From: a bacterium | GTDB lineage: Bacteria > Electryoneota > Electryoneia > Electryoneales > Electryoneaceae | Direction: 5' to 3' | NCBI GenBank assembly: GCA_963675295.2 | Contig: CAXXKJ010000002.1 | Coordinates: 2,432,001-2,496,000 of the forward strand | DNA: 64,000 bases | Shown here: positions 26,703-35,909 of the stretch, in pieces | Position numbering within the stretch: position 1 is the stretch's first letter | How the letters are laid out: the number at the start of each line of letters is the position of its first letter | Position numbers and translations under genes: made by a program | Notes under the pieces: model-generated | Told to the model about the DNA's origin: nothing | The model's input: the letters and a program-made list of their open reading frames with translations, nothing else | The model's database searches: none

Positions 26703-29330
26703 CTATTTAACCAGCTTCAACCTCCGGCTGAGCTTTTCGCTATCTGTCGTTGCGACAACGATATACGTTCCGCTCGCGAGACTGAGACCGTCCTCACTCG
26801 AAGCATTCCATGTCCATTCTGTTACTCCGGCGTTTGTGAATTGTTCACTCGCAAGGGTTGTCACCTCACGGCCGAGCAAATCGTAGATCACCAGAGTCAG
26901 GTTTGACGGAGTTGGCAGATTCATCCGAATTGTCGTTTGCGCGTTGAACGGATTCGGGTATGATATGAGTGTTAGTTCGCTCGAGGTCGGAATTGTCGCG
27001 GGAATATCCTCAACACTCAGGTCACCTAGCAGAATACTGTACATCGAGCGGCCGTGGGTTCCGGCGACCAGGCGGCGTTCGCCCGGGATGAACTCGAGGT
27101 CGAAGACGGCGGACATCGGCAATCCTTCCCCGAGCGCGGCCCAGTTCTGGCCGTAGTCGAGGGACACGAATACGCCGTAGTCGTTGGCGACATACAGCCG
27201 GGCGGTGTCGTGCGGATCAATGATCACGTCGTTGATCGGGCCCTCCGGCAACTGGGTGTCCGGATTGCTACCGGAGACGGATGTCCAGTTCGCGCCGAAG
27301 TCGTCACTGCGGTACAGATGCGGCGTTTCGTCACTGACCCGGTGGCCGGAATAGGCGGCGTAGAATATGTTTGCGGAATCGGGATGGGTCGCGACACGGC
27401 TGACCCACATGTCCGGTAGTGGATCTTGATTGATCTGATGCCACTCGGCGCCGGCGTTGTCCGTGTACCAGACGTTCGCGTCGTCCGTGCCGACAAGGAT
27501 CAGTCCCTGCTGGACACTAGACGCGGAGATGGTGGTGATGGTGCCGTAGGTGAGGTTGCCGGGGTCGTCGCCGTTGGTCAGGTCGCCGGAAATATCGGTC
27601 CAGGACGTGCCCTGATTGTCCGTCTGCCAGATACGGTAAGTGCCGGCATACAGGCGGTCGTAGTTGAACGGATCAAAGCAGTAGGGTGTCATCCAGTTGG
27701 TGCGGTCATCGGCATCGGCCCATTCCAGGTTGATGAACTCGAAGTTTGATCCACCGTCGAGCGACCTCAGCAACGACCCGTTCTGGTAGCAGACGTAGAT
27801 CACATCCGGGTCGCGCGGGTCGACGAGGCAGTAGAAACCATCCGCGCCAAAGATTTTCTCCCAGTTGTCGATGCTGCCGTCCGGGGTGCGCATGGTGCCA
27901 TTGTCCTGCGTGCCGCCGTAGAGCCGCCACGGTTGGCTCGGATCGTGCGTGATGGCGTAAAACTGTGTCGCAGCGAGGGAGCTGAACTGGATTGAGCTGT
28001 CGCCACGGTTCTGCGAGGCGTTGTAGCCGCCGTCGTGCACGCTGATAACCTGACTCGGGTTGTTCGGGTTGATCAGGAAGCCGTGATTGTCAACGTGCGC
28101 ATCTTCGAATACGCGAACCCAGTCAAACCCTCCGTTTGTCGTGCGCAGGATGTACACACCGCCGAAGTACGCGATGTCTGGATCCTCGGGGTCGACGATG
28201 CTCTCGCCGAAATACCAGCCGAAACTGTTGTAGATGTAGTCGTGGTACCATCCGAAGTGGAGTTCGGACCAGGAATCGCCACTGTCAGTGCTTTTCCAGA
28301 CTCCGATGATTTCACCCGGATGGTTACTGTGCGACAGGTAGAGCACGTTCGGGTTTGATGGGGAGATGGCGAGTGATCCGCGCCCGACGTTTTCGTAGTT
28401 CGGGATGCCGTTGGTCAGGTGTGTCCATGTGTCGCCGCCGTCCGCACTGCGCCAGACGCCACTGTTGATGCCCGCGACCATGCGGCGGTCCGGGAAGCGG
28501 TACCGTTGCCACATCACCGCGTACACCGTGTCCGGGTTCAGCGGGTTGATCTCGATATCGACACAGCCGGTGGTATCGTTGAGCGCGAAGACCTGTTCCC
28601 AGGTGTCGCCGCCGTTCTCGGTGCGATAAACGCCACGTTCTTCGTTGAAGCCGAACAGCTTGCCCATCACCGCGACGAAGATGCGGTCACTGTCTGTTGG
28701 GTCGATGACGATGCGGCCGATGTGGTAGGATTCCGGCAGGCCTTTCCAGGTCCACGTTTCGCCACCATCCTCGCTGAGGTAGATGCCGTTGCCGGGATAG
28801 CTGTCACCGGAGGCGTTCGCTTCACCGGTGCCGAACCAGATGCGATCCGGATTCTGCATGTCGATGGCGATCGCACCGCCTGAAAGTGCAAAGTCTTCCG
28901 CGAAGACCGGCTCGAAGTTCAATCCGGCGTCGGTGGATTTGTACACCCCGCCCAACGCTCCGGCCACGTATACGGTGGAGAGCTCGTCCGGATGGACCGC
29001 AACCCCGGTCAGCCGGCCGCCGATATTCGTCGGTCCCTCGAACTGCCACGCTTCGTCAAGCTCGCGCGGGACGCTGTGCAGCCGTTTGGCCTGCAGGCGT
29101 GCGTCCCGGACGGCGTCCATGTTCAGGGTTCCGTCCGGCCCGACGCGCTGCACCATGAACCAATCGCTCGGCTGTTTCACCGGACCACGCTGGTACTGCT
29201 TGAGGTCCTGCAACAGGGCATCAGTGCTGCGATAGGGGAGTCTGCTGTCTGGTTGCGGCACCAGCCAGATCAGAGCTGTCAGAAGCAACGTAGCCGCAAC
29301 CGCTCCAGCGGTGCGTGTAAGGGCAGCCAT
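26703..29330 (-). CDS. Secreted BNR/Asp-box (VPS10/sialidase-like) beta-propeller protein with T9SS-type C-terminal domain
   Basis: Repeated S/T-x-D-x-G-x-T/S-W boxes, GP.NIGGR, GGTQDNG, AGTHGRS; CTD YPNPFN...IYDLLGREV...ASGTY...KLVK. Confidence 0.88.
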   Translation of the reverse strand: MAALTRTAGAVAATLLLTALIWLVPQPDSRLPYRSTDALLQDLKQYQRGPVKQPSDWFMVQRVGPDGTLNMDAVRDARLQAKRLHSVPRELDEAWQFEGPTNIGGRLTGVAVHPDELSTVYVAGALGGVYKSTDAGLNFEPVFAEDFALSGGAIAIDMQNPDRIWFGTGEANASGDSYPGNGIYLSEDGGETWTWKGLPESYHIGRIVIDPTDSDRIFVAVMGKLFGFNEERGVYRTENGGDTWEQVFALNDTTGCVDIEINPLNPDTVYAVMWQRYRFPDRRMVAGINSGVWRSADGGDTWTHLTNGIPNYENVGRGSLAISPSNPNVLYLSHSNHPGEIIGVWKSTDSGDSWSELHFGWYHDYIYNSFGWYFGESIVDPEDPDIAYFGGVYILRTTNGGFDWVRVFEDAHVDNHGFLINPNNPSQVISVHDGGYNASQNRGDSSIQFSSLAATQFYAITHDPSQPWRLYGGTQDNGTMRTPDGSIDNWEKIFGADGFYCLVDPRDPDVIYVCYQNGSLLRSLDGGSNFEFINLEWADADDRTNWMTPYCFDPFNYDRLYAGTYRIWQTDNQGTSWTDISGDLTNGDDPGNLTYGTITTISASSVQQGLILVGTDDANVWYTDNAGAEWHQINQDPLPDMWVSRVATHPDSANIFYAAYSGHRVSDETPHLYRSDDFGANWTSVSGSNPDTQLPEGPINDVIIDPHDTARLYVANDYGVFVSLDYGQNWAALGEGLPMSAVFDLEFIPGERRLVAGTHGRSMYSILLGDLSVEDIPATIPTSSELTLISYPNPFNAQTTIRMNLPTPSNLTLVIYDLLGREVTTLASEQFTNAGVTEWTWNASSEDGLSLASGTYIVVATTDSEKLSRRLKLVK

Positions 29331-29509
29331 GAGAATCTCTCCGCGAAGTTCCGCATCCAGGCGATAAACGGGTACAGCCGGGGGTTGATGCGTATGTTGA
29401 CCCGTTCGAATCGGGTGGTACCTATCGTACGTTACAATAACGTACAGACAGCCTGCGACTCCCGCAAGCAGTGATGACAGGGTGAAAAGTCAATTACGCC
29501 GGAGAGAGC

Positions 29510-29537
29510 AAACCCCGATGAAACTCACCGGGGTTTT
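29510..29537 (-). terminator. Hairpin/terminator downstream of tRNA-Phe
   Basis: AAACCCCG...CGGGGTTT inverted repeat adjacent to the tRNA 3' end. Confidence 0.6.
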
Positions 29538-29541
29538 GGTG

Positions 29542-29614
<73 letters not shown>

Positions 29615-29692
29615 ATCAATGCTTGTTTCGTCCGTCTTGTCTTCTGGCTCATACCTTCAACTCCCTGAACCGTGACGCGTCGAACGGGCAGG

Positions 29693-29722
29693 AAGATAGA
29701 GCAACAAGGGGGATCGTGTCAA
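29693..29722 (-). promoter_or_regulatory. sigma70-type promoter for tRNA-Phe
   Basis: Minus strand TTGACA-N18-TATCTT. Confidence 0.55.
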
Positions 29723-29987
29723 TGCGTGAAACTCCAAATCGGTTCCCTGCTCCCCTTGTCCCTGATTCCGTTGACTAGTAGGCTTGCGATCCGGCTATCA
29801 GCCGGAACAACTGAAGATTGTTCTTCTGCCGTCCAACCTGAATGCTACCTCACCATCTGCTGATCTGATCAGGCGATACGTACTCCATCCGCAACGCAGA
29901 ACAAAGGGGAGATCACCGTCTCATGGTAGACAGATGCAGATGACCGAAGGTGGGAAGGCGACTCCAGACGGGTGGTTGCTGCAAACG

Positions 29988-30018
29988 AAAAACCCTCGAC
30001 GAAGAACGTCGAGGGTTG
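29988..30018 (-). terminator. Intrinsic terminator after the small secreted protein
   Basis: AACCCTCGACG...CGTCGAGGGTT stem with minus-strand T-run. Confidence 0.8.
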
Positions 30019-30051
30019 AATCCGGATGCTCCGGTCTAATTTCGTTTGGCC

Positions 30052-30441
30052 TTAGCCCACCACTTCGATGGTGCAGGAATCCTGATCGGCCAAGTAACCA
30101 TTCTGGCTGTACAGGAACACGTTGAAGGTGTACTCACCCAACGGGGCGCAGTCCGGGATCAGCACGCAATCTTCGCGGGACTGATCGCCACACCAACGCA
30201 GCGTGATGTCGTAGACACCCTGCAGCCAGTAACCACCACTCGGTCCTTCCACATAGACTTCGAGGACGACCGGATGCTGACCCACCAGGTTGTGATCAAA
30301 CGTGATCGTAAAGCAGGCGTACTCGCCCTGCATCACAGTCGGCGTATCACAGGTGATGTCAACATGCGCGTAATACTGCGCTGCTGCCAAGCCTGGCAAC
30401 AGCAGCACTCCAAGGAGGAGCGCAACCGCAAAACTCCGCAT
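30052..30441 (-). CDS. Small secreted single Ig-like-domain protein (129 aa)
   Basis: Strong RBS AGGAGG, signal peptide MRSFAVALLLGVLLLPGLAAA, beta-rich mature part with 6 Cys, own terminator. Confidence 0.8.
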   Translation of the reverse strand: MRSFAVALLLGVLLLPGLAAAQYYAHVDITCDTPTVMQGEYACFTITFDHNLVGQHPVVLEVYVEGPSGGYWLQGVYDITLRWCGDQSREDCVLIPDCAPLGEYTFNVFLYSQNGYLADQDSCTIEVVG

Positions 30442-31327
30442 TTCTTTTTCCCTCCTATTTGATGCCCAAGTTTTTCCGGTGCTCAAACCCAGCTCGCACT
30501 GGGTGTTCGTCTAAAGATAACAACTAAGTCAAGCAAAAGCATGTTTGAAAATGTCAGACGTTAGGTCTTCCGAACTCTCTTCCTCCTGATTGGTTTCTGG
30601 ATCTGATACCCGAATCTATGGATTTCAATGCTTTACGATTCGTAAACCGCGATAATGTTCAAAAAGCCTAAAATTCCTAAAGGCTCTCAAGACCTCCCGG
30701 AGGACCTGTACACCGCGTCAACTCTGTTAGATCTGTCTGAATAGCTAGTATTCAACAGTATCAGAATCGTCAGAAACACGAAATTCAAAAATCACGAAGT
30801 CGTGTCTGCACACCAGCCGGTCCGTTAATCGGATTCGTTCAGCGTCCGCCAATTGACAGTGAGCGGGGCTGAGGTTGTACCGGTGCAGGTCTACTTCACC
30901 CTTTCAAAGACCATCAGTTGTAAGAATACGGGCTTTTTCTCGGTAATGCAACACGAACATGCATTTTTCTGAAGCTCGTACACACTATCAGGGAGCGGTG
31001 TCACCGCCTGCATCTGAGACGTTTTTGTCCAGACTAAGTTCCGTAGAAATTTAAAATTGCCCCGAAGGACGCGGAATATGCTCGTGCTGGTTGCTGGTAG
31101 TCCAGTATTGTTCGACTCTCCTGACTCCAGGGGCAACCGTTTCGGCGGGAGGTATCCCAGGGTGCTCCCCGATGCTGAAAGTGCGATACGGGCAATGGTT
31201 GCGTGCGTCTCAGCATCCATACTTTTTGCATCACTCGGTTTGGACCGGGGTCATGGATTACAGATCATTTGATCTTCATACACAACGATTGTAAAGCAGT
31301 TGAAAAACAAGTACAAGGAGGTAGTTG

Positions 31328-32248
31328 ATGCGCATGCGAATGGGGGGTATGGTCTTATTGGCGGTCGTATTGATGATTGCCACCACGTCTGTCACGAACG
31401 CTCAGTCGTCGGCGGACACCGGTTGGAGTCTCTCAGGTACGTTCAACTTGACCCACACCCAGAGTGCGTACAGCACCAACTGGGATGGTGATGAACAGGG
31501 CCAGATTTCCTGGAAGTCCCAGCTGAATGTGATTGCCGAGAAGCAGCTCAGCGATCTGTTCCACAACCGCAACACGTTGGATCTCGAATACGGTCAGACG
31601 CAGACGCAGGATCGTGATATTGATGCATGGACACGTCCGACCAAGAACGCGGACAAGATCGAGTTCGAGACGGTGCTTCGCTTCACCTTGCACGGATTTG
31701 TGGACCCATACGTCTCGGGCCGGTTCCTCTCGCAGTTCACGGACAAGCGTGCCGGTGACATCGAATGGGTGAACCCGATCACATTGACCGAGAGTGCTGG
31801 TATCGCCAAGACCCTGCTGAAAAACGAGGATAAGCAGCAGGAATGGCTAGCTCGGTTAGGTCTGGGAGTACAACAGCACATCGACCGCAAGGTTCCGACG
31901 GTGGATGCGAACGGCAACCTGGACTATGAGAGCAAGACAACGACCTACGCTGGAATCGAACTGGTGTCCGAACTGTTGAGCCAGGTGATCAACGAGAACC
32001 TGAGTGTCAACAGCAAGCTGATCATCTTCCAGGCGTTCTACAATTCGGAGAAGGACGACCTGGAAGGCCTCGAGAACGAGGATTACTGGCAGTCGCCGGA
32101 CATCGACTGGGAGACGGTGTTCACCGCGAACATCACTAAGGTGATCATGGTCAACCTGACGACCCGTCTGCTGTACGACAAGGAAATCGACAAGGGCGGC
32201 CGGTTCAAGGAAACGCTGGCGGTTGGTGTTACCTACACGTTGTTCTGA
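31328..32248 (+). CDS. Outer-membrane beta-barrel protein (DUF3078-like)
   Basis: RBS AAGGAGG, signal peptide, Q.AY..NW..G motif, LEYGQ, K.AD.IEF, LLYD.., terminal GVTYTLF beta-signal. Confidence 0.75.
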   Translation: MRMRMGGMVLLAVVLMIATTSVTNAQSSADTGWSLSGTFNLTHTQSAYSTNWDGDEQGQISWKSQLNVIAEKQLSDLFHNRNTLDLEYGQTQTQDRDIDAWTRPTKNADKIEFETVLRFTLHGFVDPYVSGRFLSQFTDKRAGDIEWVNPITLTESAGIAKTLLKNEDKQQEWLARLGLGVQQHIDRKVPTVDANGNLDYESKTTTYAGIELVSELLSQVINENLSVNSKLIIFQAFYNSEKDDLEGLENEDYWQSPDIDWETVFTANITKVIMVNLTTRLLYDKEIDKGGRFKETLAVGVTYTLF

Positions 32249-32273
32249 TCCCGAACAGCTAGTTAATGCTGTC

Positions 32274-32301
32274 AAAGCCCACTCATCCGAGTGGGCTTTT
32301 T
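32274..32301. terminator. Bidirectional terminator between convergent genes
   Basis: AAAGCCCACTC-ATCC-GAGTGGGCTTT followed by T-run. Confidence 0.85.
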
Positions 32302-32333
32302 GCGTATTCATCGTCTTGGAACGAGGTTCGGCG

Positions 32334-34862
32334 CTATCTCAGCAGCAGGACTTTTTGGACGTCGCTGCCAGTTCGATTCATAGTTGCCTGAATGAAATAC
32401 AGACCACTTGCGTACTGCGAAGCATCCCAGCTCAGGGTGTGCGATCCCGTGTTGAGATGATCGTCCACCAGTGTAGCGACTTCACGTCCGAGTACATCGA
32501 ATACCCGCACCTCGACCCGGGCTGTTTCCGGAAGGTGCAGTGTAACGCTGGTTGTCGAGTTGAACGGATTCGGCTGAGCTGCGGACAAATGAAGGCTACC
32601 TGCAACCTCAGCGGTGTCCTCGCGGCCTGCTCCTTCCGACCCTCGCAGTGCTTCGAAACCGGTCAATGTCCACTCGTGGAAACCAGCATGACTGTCCCTG
32701 GCGGCGGTTACCTCAAAGGGGAACTCATCTGTCCCCGCGATGTAATCGTAGAACTGTCCGGCGCATAGGTGGTAATTGTACTCACCGACTGGGGCATTCA
32801 TCGGGATGGTTTGCTGGAGATCACTTGCGCCGATGATGGTTCCTGGTCCCATCAGTCGTGTGAGGAGAGTGATCGGCCCGTACAGATTCCCATTGGGTAG
32901 TTCAACCCAGGTCCAGATATCGATACGATAGGGGGAGGGCAGGTAGCTGACCAACTGGGCGTCGTAGCTAAAACTTCCCCCGCGCGGTACGGTCACGGGT
33001 TCGTCGGTATCCAACGAAACACTGATCCAGCCCAGATCCATGCCATCAAAACAATTGTAGATATCGAATGATATCGAATTGGTCACGAATGCGAAATTAT
33101 TGTTGAGTGCGACGCCGAGTGAGGCTAAGTCGCGGTTGTAAAATCCTGTTTCAACCGGGTTTGTGGGATCGCTGATATCCAGCATGCGCATCCCGTTGAA
33201 GCTGTTGGCGAGGCAGACATAATGCTGGAAGACGGACAGGTCATTAATCACCTCGTCGGAAGCCGTGGTGGAAACCAGAACCGGTGCGCCTGGGTCGCTG
33301 ATGTCAACCACGCACATACCCAATGCGTCGTCGCACAAGTACGCATAACCGTTCTGAACTTCGATCGTTCGCGTCTGGGATAGATCCGGCAGGGTTCCGA
33401 CCAGTATCAGTTCTTCCGGATCGGACACGTCGTAGACTTCGAGACCTTCCGGGTCACAAGCCATGTACAGGTAGGGCATGTCAATCGCAATGTCTGAACC
33501 GTCCCCGGTCTCAGTCATTGAGATGAAGCTGGGGTAGAGTGGGTTGACAAGATCGTAGATTCTTAATTCGTCCCCGCCGAGCTTGACGTAAATGTATCCG
33601 TCCACGATCTCAACAGACACTGGTAAGATCTGGCCGAACAGGTTGACGACTTCAGGATGCTCAGGATCATGCAGACTGATGATCGCGACGCCGTCCCGGT
33701 CAGGGACGTACGCATACCCCTCGTGGAGTGCAATCGAATGGCCATGATAGTCGATGTAACAGGAACCGACCGTAACCGGATGCGACAAATCGCTGATATC
33801 GACGATCCGGAATGAATCCCAGAAATCGATCAGATAAGCGAACTGGCCGTCCAGGACGACATTCGTGAGTTGAGTTACAGAACCGTACCGACCAGTCTCA
33901 ACAGGCTCGGTCGGGTCGGATACGTCAATGGTCATTAATCCGTTTTGCTGCGTCGTGATGTAAGCCGATTCGCCTTCCACCGACACGTCACGGATATGGT
34001 CCTCAGAGGCAAACTGTCCGATTTGCGTCGGATCGGCTGGATCGCTGATGTCAATGATATTCATCCAGCCGTTTGAAGTTCCGGAAACAAAGGCATAGTC
34101 GCCGGATACCGCCATGGCGCGCACAAAACCAGAGTTTTCATCCCCAACCTCAAGCGGAGCAGATGGATCGGTCACGTCATACACGTGAAAGCCCGGTGAG
34201 GAACTGCCAACATAAACGTAGTTATCCCGGGCGACGACGGCGTAAAGCAGGCCGAACTGATCTGCGGATCCAAGCAGGGCAGGGTTGGCCGGATCGCTTT
34301 GAACGTCGAGGATATTGAACGTGCGCAGGGATGTGAAATACAGCAGCCCACTCTGCAGATCCATGCCGAGGCTGGTATAATCGACCTGGTAGGATCCCAG
34401 CAGGGTCAGTGATACCGGATCACTGATGTTGATCACCAGGATTTCACCGTTGTCGCAACCGGCGCATGCGAGCTGTGCATCAACCGTGACAGACATGACG
34501 CGGTCGGGAGTGTCGAGGTAGCTGGTTACATAAGGAGTAGTGGGATCGCTTACATCAATCATCCAGAACCGGTTCTGATTATCGCCGACACAGGCGTAAT
34601 CGCCCTGCAGATCCAGCACGTAGGCGTCCAGCGTCTCGGTGCATCGCCCGACTTCATAGGGTGCTGTGGGATTTCTGAGGTCGACGATACACAATCCAGA
34701 AGTTCTGGTCGTGATGTAGGCGAGGCTGTCACGGACAATCACGTCCTGAGTGTTATCCCATTCGTCGTAAAGGGTGCTGACGAGGGAGACGTTGAGGCTG
34801 TCCTGTGCAAGGACGGGCGCAGAAAGCAATATGCAGAAAAGGCAGATGGCAACGAATCTCAT
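32334..34862 (-). CDS. Secreted LVIVD-repeat protein with Ig-like domain and T9SS-type CTD
   Basis: Signal peptide; more than 10 repeats of AY...G...(I/V)D(V/I)SDP..P; CTD PNPFNS...VFDVLGREV...ASGLYFI...QKVLLLR. Confidence 0.88.
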   Translation of the reverse strand: MRFVAICLFCILLSAPVLAQDSLNVSLVSTLYDEWDNTQDVIVRDSLAYITTRTSGLCIVDLRNPTAPYEVGRCTETLDAYVLDLQGDYACVGDNQNRFWMIDVSDPTTPYVTSYLDTPDRVMSVTVDAQLACAGCDNGEILVINISDPVSLTLLGSYQVDYTSLGMDLQSGLLYFTSLRTFNILDVQSDPANPALLGSADQFGLLYAVVARDNYVYVGSSSPGFHVYDVTDPSAPLEVGDENSGFVRAMAVSGDYAFVSGTSNGWMNIIDISDPADPTQIGQFASEDHIRDVSVEGESAYITTQQNGLMTIDVSDPTEPVETGRYGSVTQLTNVVLDGQFAYLIDFWDSFRIVDISDLSHPVTVGSCYIDYHGHSIALHEGYAYVPDRDGVAIISLHDPEHPEVVNLFGQILPVSVEIVDGYIYVKLGGDELRIYDLVNPLYPSFISMTETGDGSDIAIDMPYLYMACDPEGLEVYDVSDPEELILVGTLPDLSQTRTIEVQNGYAYLCDDALGMCVVDISDPGAPVLVSTTASDEVINDLSVFQHYVCLANSFNGMRMLDISDPTNPVETGFYNRDLASLGVALNNNFAFVTNSISFDIYNCFDGMDLGWISVSLDTDEPVTVPRGGSFSYDAQLVSYLPSPYRIDIWTWVELPNGNLYGPITLLTRLMGPGTIIGASDLQQTIPMNAPVGEYNYHLCAGQFYDYIAGTDEFPFEVTAARDSHAGFHEWTLTGFEALRGSEGAGREDTAEVAGSLHLSAAQPNPFNSTTSVTLHLPETARVEVRVFDVLGREVATLVDDHLNTGSHTLSWDASQYASGLYFIQATMNRTGSDVQKVLLLR

Positions 34863-35002
34863 GATATCCCCCATTTGAGCCGTTTCAGCCAAGTGCATTA
34901 GTACAAAGTAAGGAACAGAAATGTGCAGGTGGTCAGGAAGGATCGATTTATTTGAATCTGGATGCTGGAATGTTGAAAGGAAGGGAAGCGCGGGGAAACG
35001 AG

Positions 35003-35035
35003 AAAGGAATCCGCCTAAATTGGCGGATTCCTTTT
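35003..35035. terminator. Terminator downstream of tRNA-Pro
   Basis: AAAGGAATCCGCC-TAAATT-GGCGGATTCCTTT. Confidence 0.8.
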
Positions 35036-35038
35036 GAA

Positions 35039-35115
35039 TGGTCGGGGTGACTGGATTTGAACCAGCGACCCCCTACTCCCGAAGCAGGTGCGCTACCGGG
35101 CTGCGCTACACCCCG
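35039..35115 (-). tRNA. tRNA-Pro(CGG), CCA encoded
   Basis: Minus strand CGGGGTGTAGCGCAGCCCGGTAGCGCACCTGCTTCGGGAGTAGGGGGTCGCTGGTTCAAATCCAGTCACCCCGACCA; anticodon CGG. Confidence 0.97.
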
Positions 35116-35145
35116 ACTCATCTGCCCGTTTTCCGGGCGGCTTTA

Positions 35146-35174
35146 ATTATAGACTCCTCGACCGGCTCTGTCAA
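35146..35174 (-). promoter_or_regulatory. Consensus sigma70 promoter for tRNA-Pro
   Basis: Minus strand TTGACA-N17-TATAAT, exact consensus. Confidence 0.9.
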
Positions 35175-35237
35175 TGCCGTTTCTCCCCGCAAGAGACACC
35201 ATCTAAGACGACCCGCAACCCGTGAAAATCAGGGCAT

Positions 35238-35269
35238 AAAAAGAGGAAACCGGCCGGAGGCCGGTTTCC
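35238..35269 (-). terminator. Intrinsic terminator (second, minus strand)
   Basis: GGAAACCGGCC-TCC-GGCCGGTTTCC followed by TCTTTTT on the minus strand. Confidence 0.8.
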
Positions 35270-35318
35270 CTGGCATGGGGACAGCGTTAAGGGGATTACG
35301 CTGTATAGGGGTCGTAGT

Positions 35319-35621
35319 AAAAAAGAGCCGGTGAACTCACGGAAACCGTTGGGATAGGAATCACCGGCTCTTCAGCCTGAACCCGTGCGAGTGAACCGTG
35401 CAAATCAAATGCGCCCATCGTCGGACAGCAGTCAGTCGTCAAATCATGGGAGAAGATGCTCGTCAGCAGTGCAAGGTGGCCCGTGCAGGAATCAGTGCGT
35501 GTCAACCGTACAGTGTTCAGTGCGTGTTAACCGCTCAGGTAACCGTGCGTGTAAGCAGTAGCGTCTCGCCGATGGATGCTGTGAAAGAACCAAACCGTAA
35601 CTCGTGCAACTCAGGGTTCAC
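35319..35621 (-). ncRNA. Candidate sigma-54-dependent sRNA with repeated GCAC/CGGUU motifs
   Basis: Lies between a -24/-12 promoter and a terminator (AGAGCCGGTGA...TCACCGGCTCT plus T-run); no RBS-led ORF; 8 GCAC and 6 CGGUU copies; 5' UGAACCC pairs with GGGUUCA just before the terminator. Confidence 0.6.
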
Positions 35622-35630
35622 TCGTACACG

Positions 35631-35647
35631 CTGCAATTCATATGCCA
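35631..35647 (-). promoter_or_regulatory. sigma-54 (RpoN) -24/-12 promoter
   Basis: Minus strand TGGCAT-ATGAA-TTGCA versus consensus TGGCAC-N5-TTGC(A/T); GG and GC correctly spaced. Confidence 0.75.
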
Positions 35648-35857
35648 TCGACTCAAAATCGGACATCCGGGTGGGGTATTTCGGGGCGAAACGTGAAGCA
35701 AATGTCAGTCCAGAATGTTAGCGTCGTGTTAAGAGGCCGTCCTGATTAAGGGATACAGCCAAATTCACAAGCTGTGGCGCGAAGGAGCCGCTCTGGCTCT
35801 CGGGGGACTGAAGCGGGCAGTCATTCTCACAGGCAACGGGATCTGACCGTGAATCTC

Positions 35858-35892
35858 GTGCATATCGTGCACAGCGCGCGCAAAAAATGCAC
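35858..35892. promoter_or_regulatory. Tandem palindromic sites, putative enhancer (UAS) for a sigma-54 activator
   Basis: GTGCA-TATCG-TGCAC (35858-35872) and GCGCA-AAAAA-TGCAC (35878-35892), 20 bp apart, ~240-270 bp upstream of the predicted start. Confidence 0.6.
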
Positions 35893-35909
35893 GCGATGCG
35901 TCCGAGGCG

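Noticed and set aside
31100-31220. Known riboswitch (c-di-GMP-I, c-di-AMP, cobalamin)
   Set aside because: Only short partial resemblances; the core consensus motifs are missing on both strands.
30891-31294. Short ORFs in the long intergenic region
   Set aside because: No RBS, atypical composition, mutually overlapping, no recognisable domains.
35296-35505. 69-aa minus-strand ORF (and the 107-aa plus-strand ORF 35398-35721) as the product of the sigma-54 locus
   Set aside because: TTG/GTG starts without an RBS and no recognisable protein features; the minus ORF runs through the terminator.
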